Shown here: one piece after another, positions 7,830-17,685 of the stretch | Layout: the number at the start of each line of letters is the position of its first letter | Numbering within the stretch: the stretch's first letter is position 1 | Virus record (IMG/VR): IMGVR_UViG_3300017766_002609 | Location: 1-42,589 of that record | DNA length: 42,589 nt | Strand: one strand, 5' to 3' | Source: a virus | Taxonomy: Duplodnaviria > Caudoviricetes | Notes under the pieces: generated by a model | Told to the model about the DNA's origin: nothing | Seen by the model: the letters and a program-made list of their open reading frames with translations, nothing else | Database searches by the model: none | Translations under genes and position numbers: made by a program

Positions 7830-10800
7830 TCACTGGAACAGCTGGTCAACCACGCTCGACGGCGCACCCTTGCGGGTCGCCTTCTCGCGGATGATGTCCT
7901 GCGTCAGGGCCTCGAAGCCCTTGGTCGAGAGCACCTTCTTCCGGGCGACCTCGCGGAAGTCCTGCATCGTGCGGCTGATGAGGTTCGCTTGGGCGTCCGG
8001 GGTCAGGTTGTCGTAGCCCGGGGAGGTCACGAGGGTCTTGAGGGTCTGCCGGAGCGGCAGGTTCCCCAGCTCCTCCTGCACGGCGTCGTAGGCGGTGATC
8101 GGGCGCTTGGTGCGCTCGTCCACCCGCGTGTACGCCGTCCAGTCCACACCGTCGACGGTCTTCGGGATGCCGGTGAACTGCCGGCCGGCCTGCTCGTAAG
8201 CAGCCACGACCTTCTCCAGCACCTCGTCGTCCTTGTCGGTGCGGACCGCCAGCGGGACCGCCTTGCCCAGCTCGGAGGCCAGCATCGGCTCCCCGAGGAA
8301 GTTGCGGCGGACCGGCAAAGTCTCCGAGTAGCCCGGGATGCGGGCCTTGATGGCGTCGGTCAGCGAGCGCACCTCGCGCAGGTACTCGTCGTCCGAGAAG
8401 GCACCGACCAGCGACGGCACGACAGCACCCACCACGGACTGCGCCGTCCGCTCGATACCGCCGGACGACTCGGGGTCCATGATGCCCTCCAGCAGCTCGC
8501 CGAGGTTCTTCAGGTAGGTCTTGTTGGTGAACTGGCGAGCGAACATCGTCGCCAGCGCCTTCTCAAGGTCCGCCCGGTCGCTTTCCGACGCGAGGTCCAT
8601 CAGCGCCATGGCGTCCGCCGCGACGCTGAGGTGGGCCGCGCCCGGGTCGAGTCGACCGAAGCTGACCCACTTGTCGCCCACCTTGACCGCGTTCGGCTGG
8701 TGGTCGGCCAGCCACGCCTTGCGCAGGTTCGGGTCCGCCGGTCCGTTGCCGGTGATGAGCCCGTTCTGGTGCAGGGTGATGGCCAGACCGGTGAGGCCGG
8801 CGCCGGTCGTGAAGCGGGCGATGGCGTCCGCCTTGACCTTCGGGTTGCCGCTGGTCATCTCGCGGTACAGGTTCAGGTTCAGCGGCGACCGCTGCCAGAA
8901 GTCCTCGATGATGTTCGTCGGGGTCTTCACGAAGGGGATCACCAGCTGCATCATCTTCGCCATGGGGCTATCGGAGCCCAGCGCGTTCTGCGCCGCACGA
9001 CCGATGCCGGAGATGACCGTGTCCTTCCGCAGCTCCTGCGTGAAGGTGACCTCGCGGGCGTACTCCAGCGCCTTGGGGTCGAGGGCGCGGCCCGTAACCG
9101 GGTCGACCGACTCCGCCATCTTGCGGTTGACGAAGGCGTCGAGCTGGTCGCCACGCAGGTTCATCGCGTAGTAGCCCTCGTCGTAGGCCCGGGCGGCCAC
9201 CGAGGAGCGGTACCCGATCTGCTTGAAGGTCTCGTCCATGGTGCCCAGCAGGCGCAGCGCACCGTCACCCAGCAGGGCCTTGGTGGCGGCGATGTGGGCC
9301 TGCCACGGGTTGCCCGAGCCGATGGCGGTCTCGATGTCCTTGAGGTTGACCAGCGACCGGCTCATCTCGTCCGTTCCCTTGGCTGCGTCGAGCACTCCAG
9401 AGCCCCGGGAGAAGGCCACCTTGGCCGCCGCGAGGGCCTGCCGGTAGCCCTGCAGCGAGTACACCAGCCCAGCGCCGCTGCGGGCCACGGAGCGCCGCAC
9501 ACCGTCACCCCGGGCGATGCCCGAGACAGCGTCCTCGAAGGTGCGCGTCGCCAGCTTGGCGGCGTTCGAGGCGGCGTTCACGGCGTGCGTCGCCGGTCCC
9601 GTCAGGATGCTGTTCTTGAACAGCTGGATGGCGTAGTCCATCCCCTTGGCCGACTTGCCCATGGCCGTGAGGGCCCGCAGGGTCTGCATGGGGTCCCCGC
9701 CGGCCCGCTTGGCCTGATCGGCGAGGGCGATGAAGACCTGCCGCTCCTCCGGCTTGAGGCCGGCGAGGCGCTTGACGAGGGCGTCCGGGGCGGTCCGCTG
9801 GGACTGCAGCGAGCGCAGCGCACGGCCGGTCTCGGCCCGGGCGAACTGTGCCGCCTCCAGCCCCGCCTCCGCACGGCTGATGGCCGCCGCTGCCTCGTCC
9901 AGTAGGAGACCATCCCCGCTGTCGAAGTAGCGCAGGAGGGCGTCCGCAGCGTCCCGGGAGAGGGCGTCCGCCACGTACTGGCGGGCCTGCACGAACGCAG
10001 CGAGGCCGCCGTCGCCGACCGTCTGGCCGATGCGGTTGACGTACTCGTCCGGACGCATCCCGAGGGCCGCCGCCTGATCCTTGGCGGCCTTCTCGATGTC
10101 CTTGATCGGCACCACCGGCTGCTCGCGCAGGCGCTGCTCCAGCCCGATCATCAGCTGGCGCGGGCCCCACTCGGTGTCCCACAGCTTGTCGGCCCGCATC
10201 TTCTCGAAGGCGTCCGCCGTGTGGAACATGGGGATGCCATTCTCGTACCGCAGGTGCTTGTCGATCAGGTCGTTGACCTTGGCCTCGTCGGCCAGCTCCA
10301 CCGGGTTCTCGGTGGCGGCCTTCTCGCGGGTCATGCCCGGGCCGAGGGTCTCCGGCCGGCCGCCCGGGGCTTCCTTCGGGTACTTGCCCGGGGTGCCCGG
10401 GATGTACTTCTTGCCGTCCATGGGCACCTCAGCGACGCCCGGGGACTCCACCACGGCGCCCGGGGGCAGCTCCATGGTCGCGTCCGGGGGCAGCTGGATG
10501 CCGCCCGACTCGCGCTCGATGGCCGCCTCCAGCTCGGACCGGCGGGCGGCCTCGGTGCCGGCCCGCTTGGCGCGGGACACGGCGATGAGCTTGAGGCCGG
10601 CAGCCAGCGAGTCGACGACGCCGCCGAGCACGAGGCCTTCCGCGGCCTTCTTGGCACGGGCCACGAACTCCGGGTCGGACTTGTTGGTCGACAGGGCGGT
10701 GTACCATGCGTCCTTGGTCGCCTGCGAGGCGCCGTCCTCGACCCAGTCCGTCACGCCCGCGAGGTACGGGTCGAACAGGGCGAAGTCCACGGCAGCGCCC

Positions 10801-11381
10801 GCGGCGCCGGCCTTGGCCGCCCCGGCCACGCCCTTGAGGTTCGCCAGCTTGAGGCCGGCGAAGCGCAGCGCCCCGGCGAACCCGGTGGCGAACTGGGACA
10901 CGCCCGCGGCGACGTTGCCCACGGTGGTCTCCGGGCGCTTGATGCCCAGCGCCTCGACGTAGCTGATCGGCTCGAACCAGTTGTCCGTGCCGCCGACCTT
11001 GGCGGCCACGAAGTTCAGGCCGCTGGAGACCGTCTGGGCCCCTTCGGACACCATGTCGAGGAAGCCCACGGCCGCGCCGCGGGCCGCGTCGGCCGCGTAG
11101 TCGACCACGTCGCGCTCCTGCTCGGGCACCAGAGGTTCCTTCTGGGCCTCAGCGGCGACCTGCGCCTTCTGCTCCTCGGCCTTGAGGTACTGGGCGGCCG
11201 AGCCGGCGCCGAAGCGGGCCTCGAACTCGGCGGCGCGGGCCGGATTGCGCTTCAGCCACGCCAGCTGGTTGGGCGTGGGGGTGCCGGCGGCGGCCGGCGA
11301 GGCCTGCGTGGTGGTCGCAGGGGCTGCAGCGGGTGCTGCGGGGGTCTGCGTGGGGGTTGCAACAGGCTGTTCGCCGGCCAT
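7830..11381 (-). CDS. Large internal virion/ejection protein (gp16-like, 1183 aa)
   Basis: Size and position between the gp15-like gene and the fibre gene; Ala-rich helical; PFVKTPTNI and SFGRLDP motifs typical of the family. Confidence 0.8.
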   Translation of the reverse strand: MAGEQPVATPTQTPAAPAAAPATTTQASPAAAGTPTPNQLAWLKRNPARAAEFEARFGAGSAAQYLKAEEQKAQVAAEAQKEPLVPEQERDVVDYAADAARGAAVGFLDMVSEGAQTVSSGLNFVAAKVGGTDNWFEPISYVEALGIKRPETTVGNVAAGVSQFATGFAGALRFAGLKLANLKGVAGAAKAGAAGAAVDFALFDPYLAGVTDWVEDGASQATKDAWYTALSTNKSDPEFVARAKKAAEGLVLGGVVDSLAAGLKLIAVSRAKRAGTEAARRSELEAAIERESGGIQLPPDATMELPPGAVVESPGVAEVPMDGKKYIPGTPGKYPKEAPGGRPETLGPGMTREKAATENPVELADEAKVNDLIDKHLRYENGIPMFHTADAFEKMRADKLWDTEWGPRQLMIGLEQRLREQPVVPIKDIEKAAKDQAAALGMRPDEYVNRIGQTVGDGGLAAFVQARQYVADALSRDAADALLRYFDSGDGLLLDEAAAAISRAEAGLEAAQFARAETGRALRSLQSQRTAPDALVKRLAGLKPEERQVFIALADQAKRAGGDPMQTLRALTAMGKSAKGMDYAIQLFKNSILTGPATHAVNAASNAAKLATRTFEDAVSGIARGDGVRRSVARSGAGLVYSLQGYRQALAAAKVAFSRGSGVLDAAKGTDEMSRSLVNLKDIETAIGSGNPWQAHIAATKALLGDGALRLLGTMDETFKQIGYRSSVAARAYDEGYYAMNLRGDQLDAFVNRKMAESVDPVTGRALDPKALEYAREVTFTQELRKDTVISGIGRAAQNALGSDSPMAKMMQLVIPFVKTPTNIIEDFWQRSPLNLNLYREMTSGNPKVKADAIARFTTGAGLTGLAITLHQNGLITGNGPADPNLRKAWLADHQPNAVKVGDKWVSFGRLDPGAAHLSVAADAMALMDLASESDRADLEKALATMFARQFTNKTYLKNLGELLEGIMDPESSGGIERTAQSVVGAVVPSLVGAFSDDEYLREVRSLTDAIKARIPGYSETLPVRRNFLGEPMLASELGKAVPLAVRTDKDDEVLEKVVAAYEQAGRQFTGIPKTVDGVDWTAYTRVDERTKRPITAYDAVQEELGNLPLRQTLKTLVTSPGYDNLTPDAQANLISRTMQDFREVARKKVLSTKGFEALTQDIIREKATRKGAPSSVVDQLFQ

Positions 11382-11407
11382 GGTGGGCTCCTAAGGTGTG
11401 GTTGGGG

Positions 11408-13078
11408 TCAGTCTTCGGGGAAGTCGTCCCCCTTGATGACCGTCCGGGTGATGTCTTCAGCAACCGGGACGGGTGCAGCGGTCGATGCGGTGGCGCCGGC
11501 CTGAATCTGGGCCTGCACCGAGCTTGCCAGCTGGCGCTGGATTTTCTCCATCTGGGACGACAGCTCGCCCGAGGCCGCGAAGCGGACCTTGGGGTCTGGC
11601 GAGTCGAGCTGTGCGGCCAGACCGTCGCTGACGATCTGGAACGAGCGCAGGTACTCGGCCTGTGCGCGGGCGATGACAGGGCCCGGGGCCTCCGCGAAGC
11701 CGCCGAGGAAGCCGCCGAACTCCTTGATCGGCGCGGCGCCCTGCTTCTGCCAGAACGTGTAGCCCGGAACCTGCACGTCGCGGGCCTGCGACTGCGTGCG
11801 GATGGCCTCGCCATTCCGGCCGGACCGGAAGTCGTCGAACGCGATCTGCACCATCCGCGGGTCCGCCGCGAGGCGGGGCAGGTGGTAGCTGATGAACCGC
11901 TGCGGGGTCATGTCGCCGTTGGACCGCTCCTTGTAGAACTCGGCGATGAACGCCGGGTCCACGTCGCGGGTCACGTTGCGGTAGCCGCTCAGGGCCGACA
12001 CGGCCTTGTTCGCCGCCTCGGGGCCGAACGCCGACGACAGGTCAGCCAGCAGCTTCGGGCTGACGCGGCCGGTGGTGTAGATTTCGGCGCCCACCTGCGA
12101 CAGCACGGTGCCCTCCAGCTTCTCCTTGTCGCGCTTCTCCTTGGTCCATTCGCGCTCCTCCATGGTGTACCGGGCGGACCGGATGTCACCCAGCGCCTTC
12201 TCGTAGGCGGCGCGGCCCTCGGCGCCCGTGAAGGGCCCCGGGATCGGCTTCTTGGTGACCGGGTCGGTCCACTCCTTGTCCCGGAAGGCGGCCAGCAGGT
12301 CCTCGTCGGCCCGGTTCAGGGCCACGGCGGTGATCTGGTCGCGCACGGTCTTGGCGATCTTCGACTTGTCGAACTGCTGGAAGGCCATGCGGTCCTTGCC
12401 GGCGTTGATGCGGGCCCACGCGGCGTCGAGGTCGGGGTTCGTCTTGGCCGCCGCGGCTGCAGCGAACGAGGCCTCGATTTCGGCGCCGACCGTGTTGCCG
12501 AAGCTGTCCAGCTCGGCCTGCAGCAGGGCCTCGTGGCGGTCCTTGCGGTGCTGCTGGCGGAGCGAGTTGTAGACTCCGGTGACCCGGTCCACGAACTGAA
12601 TCTGGAATTCCGGGTTCTTCTGCTCGATGAGGCCCACCATCGCCTTCTGGTCTTCGGCGAGCCACTTGTCGAACGCGGCGTCATCAGCCGGGTCGAAGTT
12701 GGCGGAGCTTTCCCGGTACCGCGTCAGGATGTCGGTCTCGGCCAGTACCGCGGCCTCCTCGCCCTTGGTGGCGGAGTAGAACTTACGGAACAGGGGCGAC
12801 TCGCCGGCCGGAATCTCCAGCTTCTGCACGTCCGCCAGCTCCTTGAGCGGGTTCTGGGCGGCGAGGAGCTTGGCCCGGGCCTCGACGGCGGTCTGGTCGT
12901 CCTTGGCGGACCCGGACAGGTACCGGTTCAGGCTCGGCTGGAGGCTCTTGAGGGCTTCCGCGAGCGCCGACGCGGTACCGCCGCGCTGCCGCTGGGCCGG
13001 GGTGATGTAGGTGTCAACCGCCCGGGCGTTGACTTCGAGCCCGACGCGGCGCTGCTGCTGCTGATCTGGCATTGCCAT
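11408..13078 (-). CDS. Internal virion protein (gp15-like, 556 aa)
   Basis: Synteny; N-terminal ARAVDTY...LAEALKSLQPSL pattern; helical. Confidence 0.72.
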   Translation of the reverse strand: MAMPDQQQQRRVGLEVNARAVDTYITPAQRQRGGTASALAEALKSLQPSLNRYLSGSAKDDQTAVEARAKLLAAQNPLKELADVQKLEIPAGESPLFRKFYSATKGEEAAVLAETDILTRYRESSANFDPADDAAFDKWLAEDQKAMVGLIEQKNPEFQIQFVDRVTGVYNSLRQQHRKDRHEALLQAELDSFGNTVGAEIEASFAAAAAAKTNPDLDAAWARINAGKDRMAFQQFDKSKIAKTVRDQITAVALNRADEDLLAAFRDKEWTDPVTKKPIPGPFTGAEGRAAYEKALGDIRSARYTMEEREWTKEKRDKEKLEGTVLSQVGAEIYTTGRVSPKLLADLSSAFGPEAANKAVSALSGYRNVTRDVDPAFIAEFYKERSNGDMTPQRFISYHLPRLAADPRMVQIAFDDFRSGRNGEAIRTQSQARDVQVPGYTFWQKQGAAPIKEFGGFLGGFAEAPGPVIARAQAEYLRSFQIVSDGLAAQLDSPDPKVRFAASGELSSQMEKIQRQLASSVQAQIQAGATASTAAPVPVAEDITRTVIKGDDFPED

Positions 13079-13081
13079 GGC

Positions 13082-13657
13082 TTAGGTCTTCGAGAAGGGG
13101 CTGCGGTTGATGCCGGCACCGCCCATGGCGGCCGACACGTCACCGCCGAACACGCCCGCGGTGGCGCCGGCCTGAGCCGTCGACAGGCCGATCTGCAGGG
13201 CCGCGACGATGGGGCTGACGCCAGCGCGCTGGACGCTGTTGATGCGGGAGATGGTCTGGGTGCGGGCACCCTCGGCCTCGATGGCCCGCTGGTTCTCCCG
13301 CGAGGTCAGGTTGGCGGCCGTGTTGACGATGTTCTCGCCGGACTGGAAGCCGACCTCGTTGATGAGCTGGTCGACCGAGATGCCGGCGATGTTGGCGGAG
13401 GCGCCGGCCGCTTCGGAGCGGGCCTTGGCCTGCGCCGCGGCGCGGGTCTGCGCGAGGATGTCGTCGGCCGTCGCCTGCCGGTCCTCATTGGACTGGGCGG
13501 CACGCTGGGCCTGATCGTCCCGCATGGCCTGCAGGGCGTTCTCTTGGTTCTGCTTGAAGACGGCGTTCTGGGCCTTGGCCGCCTGCACCTGCGAGAATAC
13601 CTGCAGGCCAGACGACACGGCGGCAATCGCCATCGGTACGAGGACGGCTGGTCCCAT
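13082..13657 (-). CDS. Internal virion protein (gp14-like)
   Basis: Hydrophobic N-terminus, Gln/Ala-rich body, AGISVD motif; synteny. Confidence 0.78.
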   Translation of the reverse strand: MGPAVLVPMAIAAVSSGLQVFSQVQAAKAQNAVFKQNQENALQAMRDDQAQRAAQSNEDRQATADDILAQTRAAAQAKARSEAAGASANIAGISVDQLINEVGFQSGENIVNTAANLTSRENQRAIEAEGARTQTISRINSVQRAGVSPIVAALQIGLSTAQAGATAGVFGGDVSAAMGGAGINRSPFSKT

Positions 13658-13660
13658 GGG

Positions 13661-14092
13661 TCACTCCGGTGTGCGCTGAAAGATGATGAGCGGGTGCTCG
13701 TAGGCGTGCCCAGCCGCCGCCATGGCGACAGGCTGGAAGCCGAGGAAAGTGAGGAAGCGGTGCTGGGTCGGCGCGTTGGCGTCAACCACGGTCTTGAGGG
13801 GTCGCCGGAGGTCCCGAAGGAGCCGTCCGGCAGCCCAGACCAGCGCACCGCCCAGCTGATCCAGCCGGTCGCTGCCGGCCATCCACAGGTGGGTCTCCTC
13901 CTCGATCCCGGCGAACCCGATGGGCTCGTCGTCGGCGAGGAGTGTCCACACTGGCAGGCCTGCCTCGATGGCGACCCGGACATACTCCTCCGGGTGGATC
14001 AGGGCCAGATTGCTGAACTCCTCGATGTCCCGGGTGCGGAACGTCAGGGGCTCAAGATCGGCCAGTACAGCTGGGCGGTGCGTGATTTTCAT
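13661..14092 (-). CDS. gp13-like virion assembly protein (GNAT-like fold)
   Basis: R..DIEE...VDANAPTQHRFLTFLGF; directly after tail tube B. Confidence 0.75.
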   Translation of the reverse strand: MKITHRPAVLADLEPLTFRTRDIEEFSNLALIHPEEYVRVAIEAGLPVWTLLADDEPIGFAGIEEETHLWMAGSDRLDQLGGALVWAAGRLLRDLRRPLKTVVDANAPTQHRFLTFLGFQPVAMAAAGHAYEHPLIIFQRTPE

Positions 14093-16491
14093 CCAGATGC
14101 TCGCTGGTGGTAGAAGGCCTCGAACTCGTAGGACGGGAACGTGGCCGGGAGGTGGGTCTCATCCCGGATGGTGATGAGCGTTTCGGTGTTGCGCCCGAGG
14201 ACCGGGAACCGGAACGAGCCAGAGACCGACACGGGGACCTCGTCGGACACCGCCTCGCCCAGCGAGCGCCCGGTGGACACCGCGGAGTACGTCAGGGACG
14301 CGGTGGTCCGCGCCCGGTTCGTCACGTCGACCGTGAACGACCCCGTGCTGGAGTAGTTCAGGGTGATGTACCGCAGCTGGAGTCGGCCCGTCACCACCGG
14401 GGCCGTGCCACCGCCGCCGAGGGCTCGCCGGAAGTAGATCGGCGACAGGGTGAACTCCATGGGGAACAGGTCGCCCACCCAGAAGTCCCGGGCGGACCAG
14501 TCGCCGACCACGTCGATGTAGAAGCCATCGGTCGGGTCGTCGCCGAACGAGTCCACCACCGCCACCTCCGATGGCTCCGCATCGGGCGCCCGGGAGACCA
14601 CGCGGGTCTTCTCGGTGGGCAGGTAGGGCAGCAGGATGCGGGTGACATCCGGGGAGTACGAGGGGGCCGCGAGGTCGTCCGAGGACACCCGGCGGTCGAG
14701 GTGGGTCAGGTAGCTGGTGCCCGGATCGCTGTACCCTTCGGCCAGTTCGAGCTGTCCCATGTACGCCCCGTCCGCCTCGTCCCACACGATGATGAACCGC
14801 TCGCCCTCGAACGCGGCGTGCAGCATCCGCATCGTCGCCGGGAAGGTCCACCGGTAGATCGCCGACTGAATCTTCTGACCGGCCTCCCAGTAGCTCTTGT
14901 AGACCCACAGGGTGTTCGGCGCCGAGGGCGCGATGGCGACCGTGGTGTTCACCAGCGGGGACGCCGCGAGCACCCGGATGTCCCCCGGGAAGTACTTGGG
15001 GGCCTGCACGGTGGCGTCGTCGGCCTCGTAGTTCAGGCCGTCCGGGCGGACCGTGTAGGCCTGCAGGCGGCTGAACTCGCCGACCGTCTTCGGGAAGAAG
15101 ACCTCCTGCCCGAGGACCACCGGGCGCACCAGCGGAGAGCAGGCGTACTGGGTGAGCGGGCGCAGGGACACCGAGCGCGGCGTGAGGACCGCGTCCGACA
15201 GCAGCGCGATCTGCTTCCGGGTGCCCCACAGGATCAGCGAGTCCTGAAAGGGCGTCGCCGCGTGGATGTCGGACGCCGAGTCGGCCGCCGACACGTCGAT
15301 GGGCGCCGTGTCGAGCACGCCGGTCACCGTCAGCCCGAAGAAGTTGAACAGGTCGTTCGACGAGGACAGGACGATGGAGTCCCGGGCGACGAAGCCCAGC
15401 CGGTTGCGGAACACGAACACGTCGTTGAGCTTGCGCCCGAGGAACGACGGGGGCGGCAGGGTGACCTCGGTGCCCGCCTTGCGGGTCGTCCACTCGACCG
15501 GCCCGAACTCGAAGGTGCCGTCGTCCAGCGCCTCCAGCGAGAAGGGCATGGTCGAGGCGTCGATGGTGTCCTTCACCCCGGGGCCGGCGGTCTCGCGCCA
15601 GATGCCGATCAGGTCGTCCTCCTGAATCTTCTCGAACCGGACGTAGTAGTTGTCGACGCCCGTCGCGGAGTCGCCGATGACCTCCAGCTGGAAGCCCTCA
15701 GGGGCCACCGCGGGCAGCGCGCTGAACCGCTGGATGCGGCCCTTGAACGCCACGGCGCCGTTGTTGTTGAAGTCGTCGAACACCCGGATGGCGAAGTCGT
15801 CGGTCACGTTCTTGAAGTAGATGACCGACCCCTCCAGCACGATGTCGAAGCCGTCCGCCGCGAGGTCGTTCAGGTCGAAGTCGTTGAAGACCTGCTCGGC
15901 GATGTACTCGGTGCCGACCATCTGGGCGTGCGACGGGGTGTCGCCGTTGGGCACGAGGTAGGTCCCGGTGTGGACCGTGGTGGCGCCGTTGCGCTGCACC
16001 TCGATGGTGTACCGCTTGCCGTAGGCGCCCTGCTGGAACACCACGATGGCCTCCGGGTCCCGCACAGGGGTCAGGTTGGCCGCGAGGTTCGAGACCACGC
16101 CCTTGTTCAGGAGGAACGTGGTGTCCGCCAGCGTGATGGCCCGGAACTTGTCCCGGGGCTCCATGGGCGTGTCCTCGGCGCTGAGGTACCCGGCGTCGAC
16201 GACGTTGACCGTCTGCTCGACGCCGTCGAGGTCGTACACCCGCACGCTCGTCGAGTCGAAGACGGCCAGATAGGCCGCGCCCCGGGAGTCGGTGAACGTG
16301 TGGATGAACGGGGTCTCGGTGTACTGGTCCGCGATGCGCCCGGTGAACTCCAGCGGGGGCCGCTTGCGGAGCCCGTCGACCTCCGACGAGTGCCCGTTGA
16401 TCTGCTCCTCCAGCTGCGAAGGCAGGCGCAGCACGGGCGGCTGCTGGGAGACTCCCGAGATGAGGGAGGGGATGTTGTCGCGGATCAGCAT
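14089..16491 (-). CDS. Tail tubular protein B / nozzle (gp12-like, 800 aa)
   Basis: IPSLISGVSQQP...GLRKRPP start, PSFLGRKLNDVFVFRNRLGF, GRLQLR. Confidence 0.95.
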   Translation of the reverse strand: MLIRDNIPSLISGVSQQPPVLRLPSQLEEQINGHSSEVDGLRKRPPLEFTGRIADQYTETPFIHTFTDSRGAAYLAVFDSTSVRVYDLDGVEQTVNVVDAGYLSAEDTPMEPRDKFRAITLADTTFLLNKGVVSNLAANLTPVRDPEAIVVFQQGAYGKRYTIEVQRNGATTVHTGTYLVPNGDTPSHAQMVGTEYIAEQVFNDFDLNDLAADGFDIVLEGSVIYFKNVTDDFAIRVFDDFNNNGAVAFKGRIQRFSALPAVAPEGFQLEVIGDSATGVDNYYVRFEKIQEDDLIGIWRETAGPGVKDTIDASTMPFSLEALDDGTFEFGPVEWTTRKAGTEVTLPPPSFLGRKLNDVFVFRNRLGFVARDSIVLSSSNDLFNFFGLTVTGVLDTAPIDVSAADSASDIHAATPFQDSLILWGTRKQIALLSDAVLTPRSVSLRPLTQYACSPLVRPVVLGQEVFFPKTVGEFSRLQAYTVRPDGLNYEADDATVQAPKYFPGDIRVLAASPLVNTTVAIAPSAPNTLWVYKSYWEAGQKIQSAIYRWTFPATMRMLHAAFEGERFIIVWDEADGAYMGQLELAEGYSDPGTSYLTHLDRRVSSDDLAAPSYSPDVTRILLPYLPTEKTRVVSRAPDAEPSEVAVVDSFGDDPTDGFYIDVVGDWSARDFWVGDLFPMEFTLSPIYFRRALGGGGTAPVVTGRLQLRYITLNYSSTGSFTVDVTNRARTTASLTYSAVSTGRSLGEAVSDEVPVSVSGSFRFPVLGRNTETLITIRDETHLPATFPSYEFEAFYHQRASG

Positions 16492-16500
16492 GGTGTGTCC

Positions 16501-17112
16501 TCAGATGGGCGGGGCGCCGCCACCGCGGTAGATGAAGGCGAGGAACGAGTCCACGTCGCCGGCAAGCACGTTGCCGTCGTAGGCCTCGGCCTCCTCATGC
16601 TGGATGACGGCCAGCGCCTGCAGCTCGTCGGTCTCGGTGAAGGCGTTGAGAATCTGCGAGCCCAGCGCGCCAGCTTGGAACCGCCGTCCGGCCCGGATGG
16701 TGATGTAGTCCCGGGCGGCCTGCGGCAGCTGCTCGAACGGCAGCAGGAGCTTCACGGTGGCCGTGATGTCCTTGTCCCAGACGAAGGTGTGGTTGACCCG
16801 GTCGTACAGCCGGGTGCCCCGGAGGACCCCGTCGCGGCCCCGGAAGTCGCCATCCGGGTCAGCGTGCAGGGTCCCCGCGGGGACGTTCAGGAACCCGTTG
16901 ATGTCCCGGGCGAGCGGGTACCGGTTCTCGGTGTTGAAGGTCCAGCCGAGGGCCTGCACTTCGCGGTTGACGTGCCGGAGCACCCGCACGGCCTGTGCAA
17001 CGTCCTGCGGCAGCGGGTCCGGGCCGTCGATGTCGGTGACCGGGGGTTCGCCGATGGTGAACAGGATGGCGTTGACCGCCTCCAGTTCAGTGCTCGGGGT
17101 ATCGTAGGCCAT
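16501..17112 (-). CDS. Tail tubular protein A / adaptor (gp11-like)
   Basis: TELEAVNAILFTIGEPPV...GWTFNTE...YITIRAGRRFQ. Confidence 0.95.
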   Translation of the reverse strand: MAYDTPSTELEAVNAILFTIGEPPVTDIDGPDPLPQDVAQAVRVLRHVNREVQALGWTFNTENRYPLARDINGFLNVPAGTLHADPDGDFRGRDGVLRGTRLYDRVNHTFVWDKDITATVKLLLPFEQLPQAARDYITIRAGRRFQAGALGSQILNAFTETDELQALAVIQHEEAEAYDGNVLAGDVDSFLAFIYRGGGAPPI

Positions 17113-17128
17113 GGGGTGCTCCTATGGG

Positions 17129-17554
17129 TTAGCTGACGGTCACGCCCTCGACCGAGGTCAGGCGGCCGAGGTAGGTGGCGGTGATGTTGACCGCGCCCGC
17201 GCCCACGCCCGTGACCAGACCGGTGCCGGACACGGTGGCCCGGGCGGCGTTGTCGGTGGCGAAGGTGCAGAGCGAGGTGACGTTGCGGGTCGCGCCGCCC
17301 GTGTAGGTGGCCGTGACGGTGATCTGGGACGACTGGGCGACCGTCAGGGTGTCGTCGGCGATGACCGCGGAGATGCTGGCGACGCCGAACTGGCCCTTGA
17401 GGACCCGGAACAGGTCGTTCAGGGTCTCGTCGGCGCGCAGGCGCTTCGTGAGGTCGCCCGGGTCGGCGGACTTGAACTCGACCGAGCCATCGGCGAGGCG
17501 GAAGATCGACTCGGTGCCGACGCGGACTTCGTCGATGGCGAGGGAGGTGGACAT
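17129..17554 (-). CDS. Ig-like (Big_2) domain protein, probable capsid decoration
   Basis: QITVTATYTGG..RNVT..CTFATDNAARATVSGTGLVTGVGAGAVNITATY is a bacterial Ig-like group 2 pattern; own AGGAGA RBS. Confidence 0.8.
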   Translation of the reverse strand: MSTSLAIDEVRVGTESIFRLADGSVEFKSADPGDLTKRLRADETLNDLFRVLKGQFGVASISAVIADDTLTVAQSSQITVTATYTGGATRNVTSLCTFATDNAARATVSGTGLVTGVGAGAVNITATYLGRLTSVEGVTVS

Positions 17555-17584
17555 GGGGTGTCTCCTGTGGGTTGATGGGTGACG

Positions 17585-17627
17585 AAAAAAAGCCCCGCCG
17601 AGTCCGGTTAGGGTACTCGACGGGGCT
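17585..17627 (-). terminator. Intrinsic terminator after the capsid gene (T-phi equivalent)
   Basis: Minus strand AGCCCCGTCGAGT-loop-ACTCGGCGGGGCT followed by a T run. Confidence 0.9.
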
Positions 17628-17685
17628 AAGGGGCTGCGAGGTTTCCCCTCTTATCGCGGGGGTTGCCTGTTGAGCGCAGCGGGTA